Assembly (NCBI GenBank): GCA_010015805.1
Contig: ML978141.1
Span: forward strand, 1-64,000
Reading direction: 5' to 3'
Source: Rhizodiscina lignyota
Taxonomy: Eukaryota
DNA: 64,000 nucleotides
This document shows, in pieces, positions 35,250-48,907 of this stretch. The notes under the pieces were generated by a model. It did no database searches, was not told the origin of the DNA, and saw nothing but the letters and a program-made list of their open reading frames with translations. Numbering within the stretch: the stretch's first letter is position 1; the number at the start of each line of letters is the position of its first letter. The position numbers and the translations under genes were made by a program.

Positions 35250-35704
35250 AGACTCTCGTCTCGTACACGGAGATCCATGAATTTTTGTGTCATAAATGCT
35301 CTCATTTGGCATGACGCCATTGGATACTCTAATGACATGATCTCGATTGCAAATCTGCAGTGTGTCCATAATTTTTGCTAAGTAAGCAACGCGCTTTTCA
35401 ACGAAATGTTGCAGAAAGAAAGAGGCCGCCTGAACGTGCGTGCGTGCCAAAGCCCAAGATTGAATCCGCATACGAGATAGACTATTCGCTATGCGCTGTG
35501 AGCCATGTTTCAAACGCCAACGCCGTCAGTCGTTAAAGAATCCCGTATTTCATATCGTATCTTATCCATACAGATGTTATTCCCGGATACGTAACAGCGG
35601 GAGCCGCCGCTGATGGGTATCGTGCCAAATCATATACCATTAAAGCTCAAACGAGGGATCCGTCCCAAAATACGCCAGAAACGAAAGGCAATAAAATCAT
35701 ACTG

Positions 35705-36964
35705 TCATACATGCGGAATGACGCCTATCTGATCGAGCGTTAATGACTTGACGTCTACCACGCTACTCTCGGGGATCTGATCGAGTATTGAGCCCAATCG
35801 TTGCTGATAGCTCGCTTTCCGTGAAGGAGTCGGAGGCGATTGAGGTGGAGATTGGGCCTGTTGGGGTTGCGTCGGCCCGGACGGCGGACTCGGCGGGCTC
35901 GAGTTCAATGTCGTTGGTGGGGACGACGCCCAACCGTCTTTCTCGTTCGAACTAAAGCTCGACTGTGCCTGCATCATGCTGCCCGTTACGGGGGCCGTAC
36001 TGCTAGACCCCGACATGCCTGATGTCGAATCCGCGCTGATGCTCGTGAGCCCTGGGATACCCAGGCGTGATATATCGACGAGCTGGTTGAGCACAACGAA
36101 TTCCATGTCCAGCTTGATCGCGTACACGAAGGAGTGGATGATGGCCTTGAGTGTGAAGTAGCCGCTGCAGTCGACCACGATGATGATGATGTCGAGCGCT
36201 AGCACGATGAACTGCACCACAAGGAGCAGCACCATAACGTTTCGCGCGCGGTTGCTGGGTAGCATGCGGTCCTTAAGGTGGTCGTATGCGGACTTCATGT
36301 AGAAGAGTCCGATAATGAGCTCTTGGACAGTGAACCAGCAGACTTGTACACGTTCCATTGGGTTGATGGCCGCTAGCCATGGTGCTCTCTTCGACGGATC
36401 GTGCACAGGCTGTGATGCGAGCCCGAATTGCAAAACGATCAGAATCGAATGCAAAGTGACTCCGTCAATAATGATCATCGCTAGAACAAGATGCAGGATT
36501 CTCCTACTCCCGATGATCAGATTGAGTCTCGAGTACATGACCAGCGAGAAACCGGTGACCATGGCGACCCATCCGGCCTCCGCGAGAATCGTGCTGAGAA
36601 TCCATGGACAAGCAGGAACGGTAAACTTCACCATGAAGCCAATTACACGAATTGAGAGGCCCCATGTCGTGACGAGAATTGACCAGAAGTAGAGTCCTTG
36701 GTATTTCTTGAACGTGAAGAGCAACCGTGTCGTGAGCGGGATGCTGGACCACACCGCTACCGCTGTGAAGGCCGCAATAATACTATCAAAAGATATTCAG
36801 TGAGAATTCTTTGATGCAGTGATGGATTCGAAATCATTCCAAATAGGATCAATGGAGACTTACCTGTATACAGCCGGACTCCAGGGCAGCGGACCGACAC
36901 GATTGAAACTCCAGTCGAAGTCCGCTAGAGGCACGTACGGATGGCAAGGAGCGTTGTTCGCCAT
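35705..36964 (-). CDS. Fungal multi-pass integral membrane protein (about 7 TM, GLYFWS / YSRL family) with Ser/Pro-rich tail
   Basis: GLYFWSILV, GWVAMVTGFSLVMYSRLNLI, WFTVQELII, YAIKLDMEFVVLNQL. Intron at ~36786-36863. Confidence 0.8.
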
Positions 36965-38648
36965 TTTGATGTGGATGAAGCGTTGTCAACTCCCGACCGA
37001 AGTTGGAAACGGGTGTCAGATTTAAGAAAGGGTCTTCGGCGGATTGATATCAGGGACAGCAGCGACGCTCTAAAAGCTACCCACCGCAGTCTCCACAATG
37101 CCCCACAGTACGTGTAATGAGGTTGATGTTATTTCCGGAGAGGAAGAAGAAAGCAACACCACACTGACCACAAAGACGAGAAAATAGGCTGAAAGCGAAA
37201 AAGGGCTGAAGCCGCTCAAGATGAAAGGAACCCGTGATAAAAATGGGGGCGAAAGCAAGAAACAGAACCAGAAAAGACACCAATATTTCCCGAGTCAGCG
37301 ACCAGAAGGGCCATCCAGGCGCGGCGCGCACGTCAGGCCATATGAGGCATCGTGAGCTCCCCATTGCCCACAGCCGAAGTCGTGGCGCTGGCAGGCCGAG
37401 GGCTGCCAGGCATGTGGATGTGGAACAGCGCTGCATGTTCGGCGGGCCAGCTCAGTAAGCAGCCATGCAGCAAATAGCAGCGCGGCCGGCCGGCGACTGT
37501 GCTCGCAAGGGCTTGGGATCGGAGCCGCTCGTTTTCCTTTTGGCATGTAGACCCTCAGGTACGACGTGCAAGAGATGTGCCGCGATGATGAAGGGATCAG
37601 CCGCAATTGATGCCCGTGAACGTACGAAGCAAGAATCTTCGTGGAGATGGACGTGGGGAAGTGGAGAGAGTCGTCGCCCCCACGTGCCGTTTTTGGTGTT
37701 GCGCTCACCTCCAACGTCGCTCTGTGCTGAGAGCGCGTTGTCCTGCCACGCGGCTGCTCGGCAGTGCCCGTGGCCCATTATCTCCATCGAGCCTCCACCC
37801 GGCAGCAGTACCTATTCTAAATCGCCCGGCCATGCCAAATAATAGACTCCTAGCCCCAAGTGCTGATGTTAACCTACTACTTTACTGACCGCGGGCCCAC
37901 CTGCGGGACTGCTGCTCACAGACGAGCGTGCAGCACAAGTGCTTTCCTCTACTCGTCCATTCTTCGCACCGCAGGCTTAGCATCGTTACTCAGCTTCATT
38001 TTGCGCTTGTCATCCCGTTTCTCAGCCGTGTATTCGTCAACTTTGACATGTAGGGACCTGCCAGCACAGACCGACTGTTGACCGTTTGGGCGGGTGCGTC
38101 CCGCGTGCTCGTTCGGCGAGATATGGACGAGCCACAATCCTTATTGCCGGCATAAGGCGTGTGACCCGTGCGGGCATATCGGCCGGGGGAGACACTGCAA
38201 GACAGCAGTAGGCATGCAAGACTTGCGAGGAAGGTACAGGGGGCTGGTTGCCTCAAACGGCAATGTTGTATTGCATTTGTGGTGGAGGAGTTAACTGCGA
38301 CCCTTTTCTCCCAACGGCTATCGTTACCAGTCCTCCTTCTCTCCATCCCCTATCCCTGGCTCTGGAATTCGAGTGTGACCATAGCTCTTTGTCAAGCTTT
38401 TTCTCCACTCTTTCTCAATTGGCGAGGACGGCGAAGGCCCACCTGTCACTCACTTTGTCATCGAAACAGAGCCAATCTCCAACAACTTGTGCGACGCCAC
38501 AACCGAAATGCAGATACAACCAAGCCTGGGGCCAAGCGATGGCAACGCCAAACAGCAGAGGCCAAGCGATGCCACTCGAAACAGCAAAGATTGACAAGGT
38601 CTAGACCCACATTATAGTCGTTTAGTAACCTGCAATTGGTAGTACAAT

Positions 38649-41638
38649 TCAGATATCCTCCGCGTCCTCGTCCTCATCCAACTCAGCCCTCTTCCCGTTG
38701 CCGTCTAATCGCGTCATCTTTATTCCGTCTGCGTTTCGGCCGGACATCGCCATGGCCTGCCTCCCAGTGTCGCTATTCTCGAGAAATTCGCGAAGGCGCT
38801 CCTTGCCCACTTCCAGTGCCTGGTGACTCGCGGCATCGGCCATGCGTAGCATCGGGCCCCAGAGGTTGAGAGTGTACGTGATGTACGCGCCGGCACCCAG
38901 CAGGATTAAGAAGAGGAAGTAGATAGGATTGCGGAGCACTGTGCCGAAGCCAAGTCAGCAAAACCATAAGACGTACCCAATAAACATGACCAAGAAGATT
39001 GCAGGAAATATTTGAATAAAAAATGTAAAGGCATGAGTGTGTGCCGAAGCCGGTCAGCACCTAAACATTACCAAGACCGCAGGAACGCAACAAGTTAGTA
39101 AACGCGACCTGCACTCACCAGCAACCATCTCATTCCACCCCAGCGCAAGCAATAACCCATAAAACCACAGCGGAACCTGCGTGACACCACCCAACGCGCC
39201 TCTTTTCGCCTCAACAAACACCCCGTCCGCCATCTTCCGGAATCGATTCGCTAGATCCGTCGCCTTCGCCTCGCTTAGCACCAACGTCTCTTCTTCTAAA
39301 CTCTTCCCCTCGTCCTCGTCAACCCCGCCAATAGGCGCGAGGTCATCCTCATCTGCAGGGCTCACACCGGGTGGAGCCGCGCCAATCCACGCATCCAGCG
39401 GCGGCGGGGAGCCTGTCTCGCCGAGACGGAAGCGCGTGAGCAGTGGTATGAGCTTCAAGGTTGATTCGCGGGCTTTTGTGTACGCGCCCTCGATATCGTC
39501 GGTGGGCCTCCAGATGCGCGGCACGCCTGCGTCGTCGTAGCGGAACTTGTCTTCAAAGTTCTCTCGTAGTTTAAGCAACAGATTGCCCTCCATCATCTCT
39601 TCATCAATCTTTGCACTAAGCACGCCCCAGCTCTTTCTTCTAAGGCGCCAAAGCCCAACATCAACTTCATCCGGGCTAGCATCGAAACTCTTTGCGCGCT
39701 CCGTAAAGCGCGCCTCTGCCTGCGTCACTGTATCCGTAAAGACGTGCCAAATACGGTCCCACAGATCCTTCTCGGACGCTGGTTTCTCGCCATTCTCCGG
39801 CGCGCCCGAACCGCCTCGTCCCGTGCCAAGCTTATTGAACTCGAGGCCGATGGATTCGCCAAGACGTGAACGCACCCAGCGCTCGACTCTGTTGGCCAGG
39901 CGCTTCATCTCATCCCTGCGCAGGCGTTTGCTAGACTCATCAAGCTCTTTCTTGAAGAGCGTAAGTTCCTGCTTGTAATCGCTCCAAGTCGCGCCTTGTA
40001 CGACGACGTTCTGGGCTGTTCTTTCGAAGGAGGCGAGCGCTTTCTTCTTCTCGCTTTCAACGATTTGCGCAAAGTCGTAGGTGGCCCCTTTCTTCTGGCC
40101 CGCTTTGACAGCGCCGCTGACGGCGTCGCCGAAAGCCGCCAAGCCGGATTTGTGCGCTGCTTGAAGCTGGCCTTGGAAGAGCGCTTTTAGGCGCGTATCG
40201 ACTTTGGATTCGAGTTCTGCTCGTTTCCGCGTGTACACTCCCTTGTGATATCTGCTCGCATTCGTTTCGAAGTCTTTGAAGACAGTCTCTCTCGCTTTGT
40301 TCATTGTCAAACCTAGATTTTGAATGATGATTGGTTCCCCGACTAATTTGGCGGCTGCCTGCTTCTCTTCTAACGGCGCGATGGTTTCGTCGAATGGGAT
40401 GAGCACTTCTCGCGCAATCTCGTCGCACCTAAATTGAGCGAGCAGTTCTTGCTGCGTAGGTAAATCAAGGTCCTTGTTCTGCTCAATCTGATCCCAGATG
40501 CCTTCCGCGTATACTGGGAACCCATCTGCGGGAATGCGACGGTGGTACTGAGGTTGGAAGACGCCTGTGTCTTCATCATTGACCAGTCCGGCTTTCTTGG
40601 GATCTTTGAACCCCTCAACAAATCTCTTGCTGAGTTTCTCGACGGCCTGCTCGAATTGCTGGGGTTGCAGGATCTTGTGCGGTAAAGCGACAAAGGCGAA
40701 GTCGAAGTAGTCGTCGATTTTCGAGTTCTCCAGTCCCGGGGGTTTTGATATCGTCGACCATAATCGTGACAGGTCTTGTAGGAGAGTCGCACGGAGGTTC
40801 TCCAGTGGTGTATTGCCAAGGTGGTCGCGGATGACGAAGAATAATAGGGATCGCGGGATAGTTCTGCAAGGTCGTCAACGCCACTTCCTTACTCCATCAT
40901 AGGTGGGATATCGCAAGGCCAAACTCACTTGCTGTCCTTTAAGAATAGCTGTAAATTGACCTCAAACACCGTTTTCAACAGCCCCATATTCGCTCCTTGA
41001 TACAACCCCACCTGGTGCTCCCATATATTCACCATCAGTACCTCGCTCGTCGCCAATGCGAACAAACTACTCTTGCGCTCAAAGTCCTGATCCTCGCCTC
41101 GTTCCCGGCCATCCGTGCCCTCGACGTCCATGACGAGTATGTTTTCCGCCATCGTCGTCTTCCCGTCGGCGCCGGTGGTCGGACGCTTGTTCTTCGACAT
41201 CCATATCCCCTTCGTCGTTTGTCGCCGTTCATTCTCTTGCATCACACCGAATTGCGTGCCGAAGAGGTAGTTGAGGAGTGTGGACTTGCCGGTCGATTGG
41301 GAGCCGAAGACTGAAATGATATGGTAGTTGAAGCCGGCGGGTATTACGTTTTCTAGCGCCAGGTACTGCGAGATATGTGGGCTGCCGTTTACTCGTCAGA
41401 AAAGCGGTAGACGGATTGTGTAAGGGGTTATAGGGACGCACTTGAACTCCTTGTCCTCATCAACAACCTGAACCCCATGCTCGTACTGCTCCCTCGTGCC
41501 CTCCTCGCCGACGCTCGCAAAATGCCCGTTCATCATGCGCGTAGGTGCTGTCTCGCCTCTTGCTATGCTTGGTCTGCGAGCGCTACCGTTGACTGTGGAG
41601 GTGCGTCGCGGAGATGTTGGGGAGGTAGGTGAAGTCAT
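38649..41638 (-). CDS. SEY1: Dynamin-like ER-fusion GTPase Sey1/RHD3
   Basis: [14 protein letters not shown]-loop, [21 protein letters not shown]-terminal hairpin TM (LGWNE...LRNP). Introns at ~41383-41440, ~40863-40928 and 38939-39118. Confidence 0.97.
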
Positions 41639-42160
41639 GATGGCTAGGAGGCGAGAAATATGTACAGATGTAGACGTGAGGTCACGGTGCCGCGGAAGGC
41701 AAGCCACAGGACACTGCAAAAGGAACAAGGATTATGGTGTGTGGAAGAATGGGCTGCGGCCAAAAGTGGTGTGCAGGTGAACGGTCATGCGCTGTTGGGT
41801 GGTTTCGTGCAGGAGATGCGTATAGGATGGGGGCAGAAGGACGTGATTGGAAGGTTCAATTCAGGTATGAATGAAAACGTCACGAGGTGAAATAGGAGAA
41901 CACAAGAACTAGATCCGCATGATGGTCAACCTAGGCGCGAGGAATATGTTCAGCAGTCATGGGAGGACACTTTTCGACTTCACGAAAGTTGTTCACCTCC
42001 ATGCAGGGGTCCCTCGGTCTGGGTTATGTTCCGAGTCAGGTGCCACGTGACTCGGGAGAGACCCGGCTTCGGCCCGAGAGGCTAGCGGGGGTTGGGTTGG
42101 GTTATGGTCCCCTGGCTCTCGTTCCTTTCAAGCTTCGACACATATCAACGACAGTAAACA

Positions 42161-42595
42161 ATGGCGGCGTCACAGTCTCTCTACCCGCGAGGCACCGTAA
42201 AGCGCATAGTGAAGGCGCATAGCAATCGGCCCTTGAGCAAAAATGCTGATATTCTGGTGAGTACCTTCTCTGCCCAGTGTGGACGGCGCAAACAAGAGTT
42301 CGATGTTTGTTTACTTATTCGTATCACCAGATATTCCTCGATTACGCGCTGTTTCTTCAGGAGCAAGTTTCCCTAGCAGAAAGAGCGCTTCAAACAGAAT
42401 GAACTGTGGATTTGTGCTAACTGGAATGCTCAGTCTGGTCAAAGAAGCGGCAGTCAAAAGTCGCCAGAATGGCGAGCGAACCATCTCTGCGCGAACCGTA
42501 CGGAAAGTCCGCGAGGTAAATAGACCATGCCATTTCATGACAATTTTAGATGCTAACAATATCCGTAGGGGTCGTTGAGAAAATTCAAAGCTTGA
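42161..42595 (+). CDS. Small histone-fold kinetochore protein, CENP-W/Wip1-like (78 aa, 4 exons)
   Basis: YPRGTVKRIVKAHSNRPLSKNADIL|IFLDYALFLQD|LVKEAA...ISARTVRKVRE|GSLRKFKA*. Exons 42161-42256, 42331-42362, 42434-42515 and 42569-42595 sum to an exact frame. Confidence 0.85.
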
Positions 42596-42895
42596 GATAG
42601 AAATTACGGGCATTCCTTGGTGGAGTTTTGGAGGCGTTGGAGGCTTTGGACTCTTGGTTGGGCTTAGATACCCTTTCCTGTCTTGGAACTCTGAAACCTC
42701 AGCTTACGAAGTTTGAAGATTGGATACTTGAAATGAATCACAATTCAGAAACGCATCGCTACGAAGAATCAAAACTCCTCTATGTCCATGCGCAGCCCAA
42801 AATGCAGGTACTGGTCATGAAATGCAGGCCTTCCCATCCCACCCAAACGCCATCTAAATGCATTCCTTTATCTCTTATAGTCCACCTTCACGCGG

Positions 42896-45285
42896 TCATC
42901 GTCTTACACTCGTCCCCTCCCCGAAAAGCTCAGCAGCCTCCCAGCAGTATCCAGCTCTGGCATCTCCACCCCTACCTTGCTTCCCATCCCTTGCCGCACA
43001 CTCTGTCCCCCAGCACACCGCCACTGCATCCACAATCCCTCCCATGACTGCCTCTGTCGCACCCAGGATACTCCACCCGATGAAACCCGCAACGATGCCC
43101 ACGATGTACGCGTACAAACTCCCTTTAATCCCCGCATTACCTGCGAGTTTCAAGGAGTGGCTGGTTGAGACCCAGCCCGCGATGCCAAGTGCTAGAGAGG
43201 TGACGTAGCGCGTTGCGTGGAGGAGAAGTTTGGCGAGGCGGTAAGGGAGGAGAGGTGCGGAGCGGTCGGACGCAGATGCGGGCGTGAGTGTTGTGGTAGG
43301 CGACATTGCGGACACGAAGGACAAGCTGCTGAGGCCACGCGCAGCCTGTGCCAGGGGTTGGGAATGAATCGCCGCATAGGTCAAGGTGAGAGGATTTGTC
43401 AGTGACGCGATGGGTGTGGGGAAGATATTGTACATGCAGATCGATACAATCCCCACAAAGCGGCGCGGGAGAAGGAGCAGAGGTAGGCGGACGGCGAGTT
43501 GGCAGAGCGTGGAGGCACAGACGGTGCCGAAGAGCGTGGATGTCGCGTGCTTGAACGACTCTTGGACGACGGCGCGAGATGTCGGCGCGGGAACGGCGTT
43601 GCGGTGGAAGTACCACTGGCTGACGGTTGCAGCTGTCGTGGCGCGCTGGACGCCCGCGATAATGGCCTGCGTCCAGAGGTACATGACGATGAAGAACGCG
43701 CCGAGCCACCACGTGCCGAGGTCGACGATGAAAAGCATGCTGCCACCGCGGGAGGAGTAGTGCCCGCCAAGGAAGAGGCGGCGGAACATGAGAATCCACG
43801 TCCACAACCAGAATACGTTTAGCACGAGAGTGCCAAAACCGACGAGGACTAGGCTGGGTGACGACTCAAGGATGCGAGCTGAAAAGTCGAGGATGTCGAC
43901 TGCGCGGGAGATCGCATGGCGGCTGCGGATGTTCATGATGATCCAGAAGACGGCCATGGCGGCGGGAATGAAGGAAGTGAAGCGCATAAGGCGGTCTTGG
44001 ATACTTGTGCCGACCCAGTAGCCTTTGAAACTGGCGACGAAGGGGTATATTGCGAAGGACATGAGGATAATTGGGACTGCGACGAGGATGAGGTATACGA
44101 GAGGACGGAGGGCGGAACGGAGAACTGCTAACCATAGTACCGCTACTATAATTGTTACCAAAGTGTCCACGCCCAGGAGGTGAAATGAGGCTCGGAGGGT
44201 AGAGTAGATGGAATCGCCCAGGGGATGTTTCTTGTCAGGTTCTGAGTTGTGGAGGAAGGAAAGTAGGAAGCTGCCAAAAAGTGCGGCGAGCAGGAGGAAG
44301 AAGAGGTGGGACCAGAATATATCGTGGCGTGGAGTCCTCGACTGGTCTCCAGGCACGATTCCTGGCACACTCTCTCGGTCAGGACTAGGTGGTCTGGGGT
44401 TGGCAAATGCAGTCTCTTCGTCCGTTTCTCGTGGCATCCACGTGTGCTGCGCAGGTATTGAAGTGGATGGTGGTTTGCGGAATTGTTGGTATGCGGGTGG
44501 ATCGTCATCTTCTTGAGCATCTAGATCCTCTGACACATCAACCTTCTCCATAGACTCCTCGCTTGCTCTGGATGCCAGCTCAACCTCGACCAGCTTCCCC
44601 TTCCCTTTGCTACTGTCGCTTCCTTCTCGTTCTCTGCTCGGACTCTCCTTGACCATTCCTACAGTAGGTGGCTTGAGGTTCTGGTTCGTAGATTCGCCTC
44701 TCCATGAGCTTCTAATTCCCCTTCCTCTTCGATATTCTTCCGCCTCCGGGCTGTCGTGTGTTGGAGACGATCTGCCAGCATCATCATCGCCCTCTGAAGA
44801 CTCTGTGAGCTGGCTAGCCCCTACCTGCCGCCGTGATCTCTGCAGTGCATAGTACTCAGCAACATCCCGTTCATGCTCCTCCACGTCGTCCTCTTCCCGA
44901 AAATCGTCTAGTGTGCTGTGAAACAGTGGCGCCGGCGCAGCAGAGGTGCGGGACCCAAAGCCAAACCTCCCCAACTGCGACCCGCCCTGCTGATATGGAT
45001 TCTGCATGCCTGGCCGCTGCAAATACGATCGTGAGGTCTGGTATCGAGAGGTGCCGGCGGTGGGGCGCTGCTGGCGATTCTGAGGGTTGCGGCTCAGCGG
45101 ATTGCGGTCGGCGAAGCCCATACTGAGTGTTGACCCAGACTGGGCCAGGAACTTGGAGGCATCTATGGAGTGTAGAGAGATGGTTAGCTGTCACGCGATC
45201 TAGGCAGTGCGGTATCATGGCCGTGTCGCCTGCTCGGCGCAGTTGACTGATAAGACTGGGGTGGTTACTCACATTCGGAGAACAT
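42896..45285 (-). CDS. Choline transporter-like (CTL/SLC44, Pns1-related) membrane protein
   Basis: MFSE|YASKFLAQS across intron ~45163-45272. Disordered N-terminal half, then many TMs. RATTAATVSQWYF motif. Confidence 0.85.
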
Positions 45286-45878
45286 GTTGCCCTACGGCGG
45301 GACAGCACCGCTGCTGCAAAGAGGGTGGTGTGCTGCTTTATGGATGTTGAAAGAAGCGATAAAGCCAAATGGCGGTGGTTGACTCGGAGGTGTCTAGCTT
45401 GGGGGATCGGTGTGCGGCGAGTGTGAAGGTACTTCGGTACCCGATCGGTTGTCGCGCCCGCGAACGGTGGCGGCTATGAGTGTAACATGTGTGACAAAGA
45501 ATACTGCTATCAATAGCTTGTGGCAAGAAGTCTCAAGGTACTGGAGGTCAGAGTACATTCAGGAGAGGGTTATAGTGAGTTGCAGTGGTGAAGGCAGAGT
45601 GTCGTAGCAGGTTGCTATTCGGTCACGTCACGCAGCCCCGAAGCATCACCGCCGCGGCCCAAGCTCCAGCCACACAGGAACGTCACACGAACAGGATCAT
45701 GACACGCTCCCGCTCATCTGAGTCCCTTCTTCACCTATGTGAAGCCAGAAGCTCAACATAACACTCCTGCTTTGTCTCTCTTCATCCGAACCGCTTTGTT
45801 CCTCTTCACAGTCTCATCCACGCGACTCCTGACACCTAACTTTCAAAGCTCTAAACACTATCACCCCTGCAACAACAT

Positions 45879-46760
45879 ATGTCCTGGGATTACATAGCAA
45901 AGATCGTATCTCTCGGCGATTCAGGATGTGGTAAATCAAGTGTGAGTCAATATAGTCTATTCATCCGAGCTGTGAAGTGTTATCCTTACTAACACAAGCC
46001 ACTATACAGCTTACAATCCGCCTCTGCGAAGGCCGCTTCTCCCCACACCACGATGTCACCATCGGCGTCGAGTTCGGCTCGCGCATAGTCTCCGTTGGTC
46101 CTCCCGCTTCTCTCTCACTAGGCATCAATGCTCCTTCCACAACCTCTCAGTCTCCAACGAGTCCAGCGGCCAGAAATGCGAAGCAGAAGCACATGAAGCT
46201 GTCGATATGGGATACCGCAGGCCAAGAGACGTACAAGTCGATTACGAGATCCTACTTCCGCGGTGCGTCTGGCGCGCTGTTGGTTTTTGACGTCTCTCGC
46301 GCTGCGACTTTCGCGTCGGTCACAACATGGCTTAATGATTTGAGGCAGATTGCGGAGGAGGAGATTGTGGTGGTTTTAGTGGGGAACAAATCTGACTTGG
46401 CAGCTGGTAGGACCCTTCCATCAGGCAGTATGTCATAGGCTCCGCTAACCTATGTATGGAACTATAGGCGAGGAGAACAAGCGCGAAGTCACCCGCGAAG
46501 AGGCCGAGGAGTGGTGCAAAGCAAACAAGGTCATGACGTACGTTGAGACCTCTGCAAAGTCGGGAGAGGGGGTCGAAAGAGCATTCTTGGAGGTTGCAGA
46601 GAGGATATATCAGAACATCGAGGCCGGAAAATACGACTTGAACGACCGACGGAGTGGCGTCAAAGGTCCTGGGGCTGCGGGGAATACGGCGAAGACTGTC
46701 AATCTTGGAATGAATGATTCCGACGCAGCAAAGAGAGGGAGTGCGGGAGGGTGTTGTTGA
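45879..46760 (+). CDS. Rab GTPase, Rab2/Rab4-like
   Basis: GDSGCGKSS, HDVTIGVEFG, WDTAGQE, GNKSDL, ETSAK, C-terminal GGCC prenylation site. Two introns. Confidence 0.92.
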
Positions 46761-47014
46761 GTTGACTCAAGGGTTATTCTACAAGAAAGCATAAGCAGCT
46801 AGAGCTAAGAATATGGCGAAGCTTTTGGCAGGCAGGCTAGCAAATTCACGCGAGCATTCTCGAAGATACTGGTCCAGTACGAGAAGGCAAGTAGACTGCT
46901 CCACTTGAATACCTGTTGTGCTGACATATTGAATAGTTGCATTTATACCTAAATCATCGCTGGATACCCAATTCAAATTTGTCGATCCTATAGATTTGTC
47001 CTTCGATAGGGACT

Positions 47015-48354
47015 TTACAGAATGGCTTGACCGTTGACATGCGAGCTTACACCGGCTGTGTGAAGTCAGCATACTTAGCTTATATGCAAGCTTAGCTTTG
47101 TATCTCTGTGCAGACTGCGTACCTGGGCAATTCGCCGGCGTACTTGAGAAGAAGAAGAAGAATCTATTCTTCTGCCGACATGCCTGTGCTAACCTCTCCA
47201 GATCGAGCATCTCACCAAGAGGCATTCCCCACAGCGCCAGAATATACTCATGAAGATGGTAGTCTGCCGTCTGCATTAGCTCCCTTTCCATACTCTCAAC
47301 GCTCCTTGGCTCCAACGTACCCTCATGAGTCGGCCACGCCTCAAACGTAGGGGCGTCACCCGCTACAGTCGCGAAATAGCAATCATGCAGCCAATCCTTA
47401 ATCTTCTCCTCCTGTGCCAGCCCCGCGTACCTCTGCCCGCTCTCTTTACCCGGCTTGTGCTCCCTCAGCGCTAGTCTAGCTCGTTCTTCCGATGGCTTGA
47501 GGTGGTACTGCTCCGTCCATCCAGCTCTGACGAACAGCATATCCCCCGGCTTGATATCGCCTCCTTGCGCTGCGGGCCGGATGTCGATGCCCTGCTCCTT
47601 GCCGCAGGCTTCGAGGTCAGTGTACGAGATGGGGTAGTAATCGTACGGGTCTTTATAGCCACATGTTAGTTATGTAAGGCTCTAGTGGGGAAGGAGGGGT
47701 TGGACATACCATACTGAATCCCCTTCTTATGTGCGTATCCTCTGTAGTCGAGAAGGACACCGCGCCCGGCAATTCCATGGTCCGCCCAGTGATGAATCGA
47801 GCATTTCAGATTCGCGGTCGGGCCTGTGATGTCCGCTCCCTTGGTTCCGTTGTAGAAGCACTGCGTTGGCATGTGCGCGAAATGCCGGAAACCTGTTGAA
47901 AACTTAGGTCAGTCTATCTCATCTCTTTGTCGAGTATTTTTTTCAACGAACCATCCCACTGCGTTCCGCTCTGCGTATTCATAGTATACAAATCATCATA
48001 TGCCGCTCCCTCCCTCAGTACCTTGATCTTATGCTGGAACGTCTCCCTTCCAAATGCAGGCTGCTCAGGTACGTTGAGAGGCAGATTCACCGGAATGATC
48101 TCGCCTGTTCGAATCTCCTTCGCTGCGGCAGCGACGCGTGTCGGCGTGAGCAGGTTGATCCGGCCAAGGTAGTCATCTGAGCCCCAGACCCAAGCTGCTT
48201 CTTCTGGAGCACCGGCGATCTTAGGCAGTTCCTGGCGCGTTGGGAAGCGCGTGGAGTCTGGATCCCAGGGGATCGTGGAGGCCGTTTTCTGCATGGTTAG
48301 GAAATCGCGGATTTGCGTGAGGCGGCGCTGGGTTGGGGAGGGTGGGTCCGACAT
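47015..48354 (-). CDS. Cyclase-family metal-dependent hydrolase (kynurenine formamidase-like)
   Basis: LGRINLLTP, NTQSGTQWDG|FRHFAH, GIAGRGVLLD, GDMLFVRAG, LHEYILALWGMPLGEMLDLE. Three introns. Confidence 0.88.
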
Positions 48355-48907
48355 TTTGAATGGTGTATGTGATGGAAGACAGACAAGACCAGAGTCGTCG
48401 TGAAGTGATTATTGAGCGGTGAGAAATGACCCAAAGACAGCGACAACAAGGAACAATACTACCAATCTCTTGAAATGTAGAAAAGATACTTGATCACACG
48501 AACAAACCTCTCACCCGTTATGTCGTGATATCACCCCGCATTATATTACGCGGAGGTTTGGGTACTCTCCGCACCGAGGTCGCCTAGCAATGGGAATTTT
48601 CGGCAGTTTGGTTCCTTTGGGACGCTAGAGCGTGCATACGCGACCTACCGTGTCTATCGGAAGACTGGATTCATCTTTAGTGCCGTATGTGAATCCGCAG
48701 GCAGTTAAATATGTGTAGGTGAGACGGAGGAAGAGGTTGTAAGAAAAGACGAGATGGACGACAGGGGGTGGCTGTGGTGGGGTGAAGTTCCACAGGACAT
48801 CGAGGGGCAGCAAACAGCTTTTGATGTCATCGCCCAAATTTCCACTTTAAAAACACCACGCAGACAAAATTCAAGATATATTGCCAGCTCACATATCCGT
48901 GCTAATC

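Noticed and set aside
37000..38620. Many overlapping 60-150 aa ORFs upstream of the membrane-protein gene
   Set aside because: GC-rich intergenic/5' region with no domain signal or splice structure. Likely spurious.
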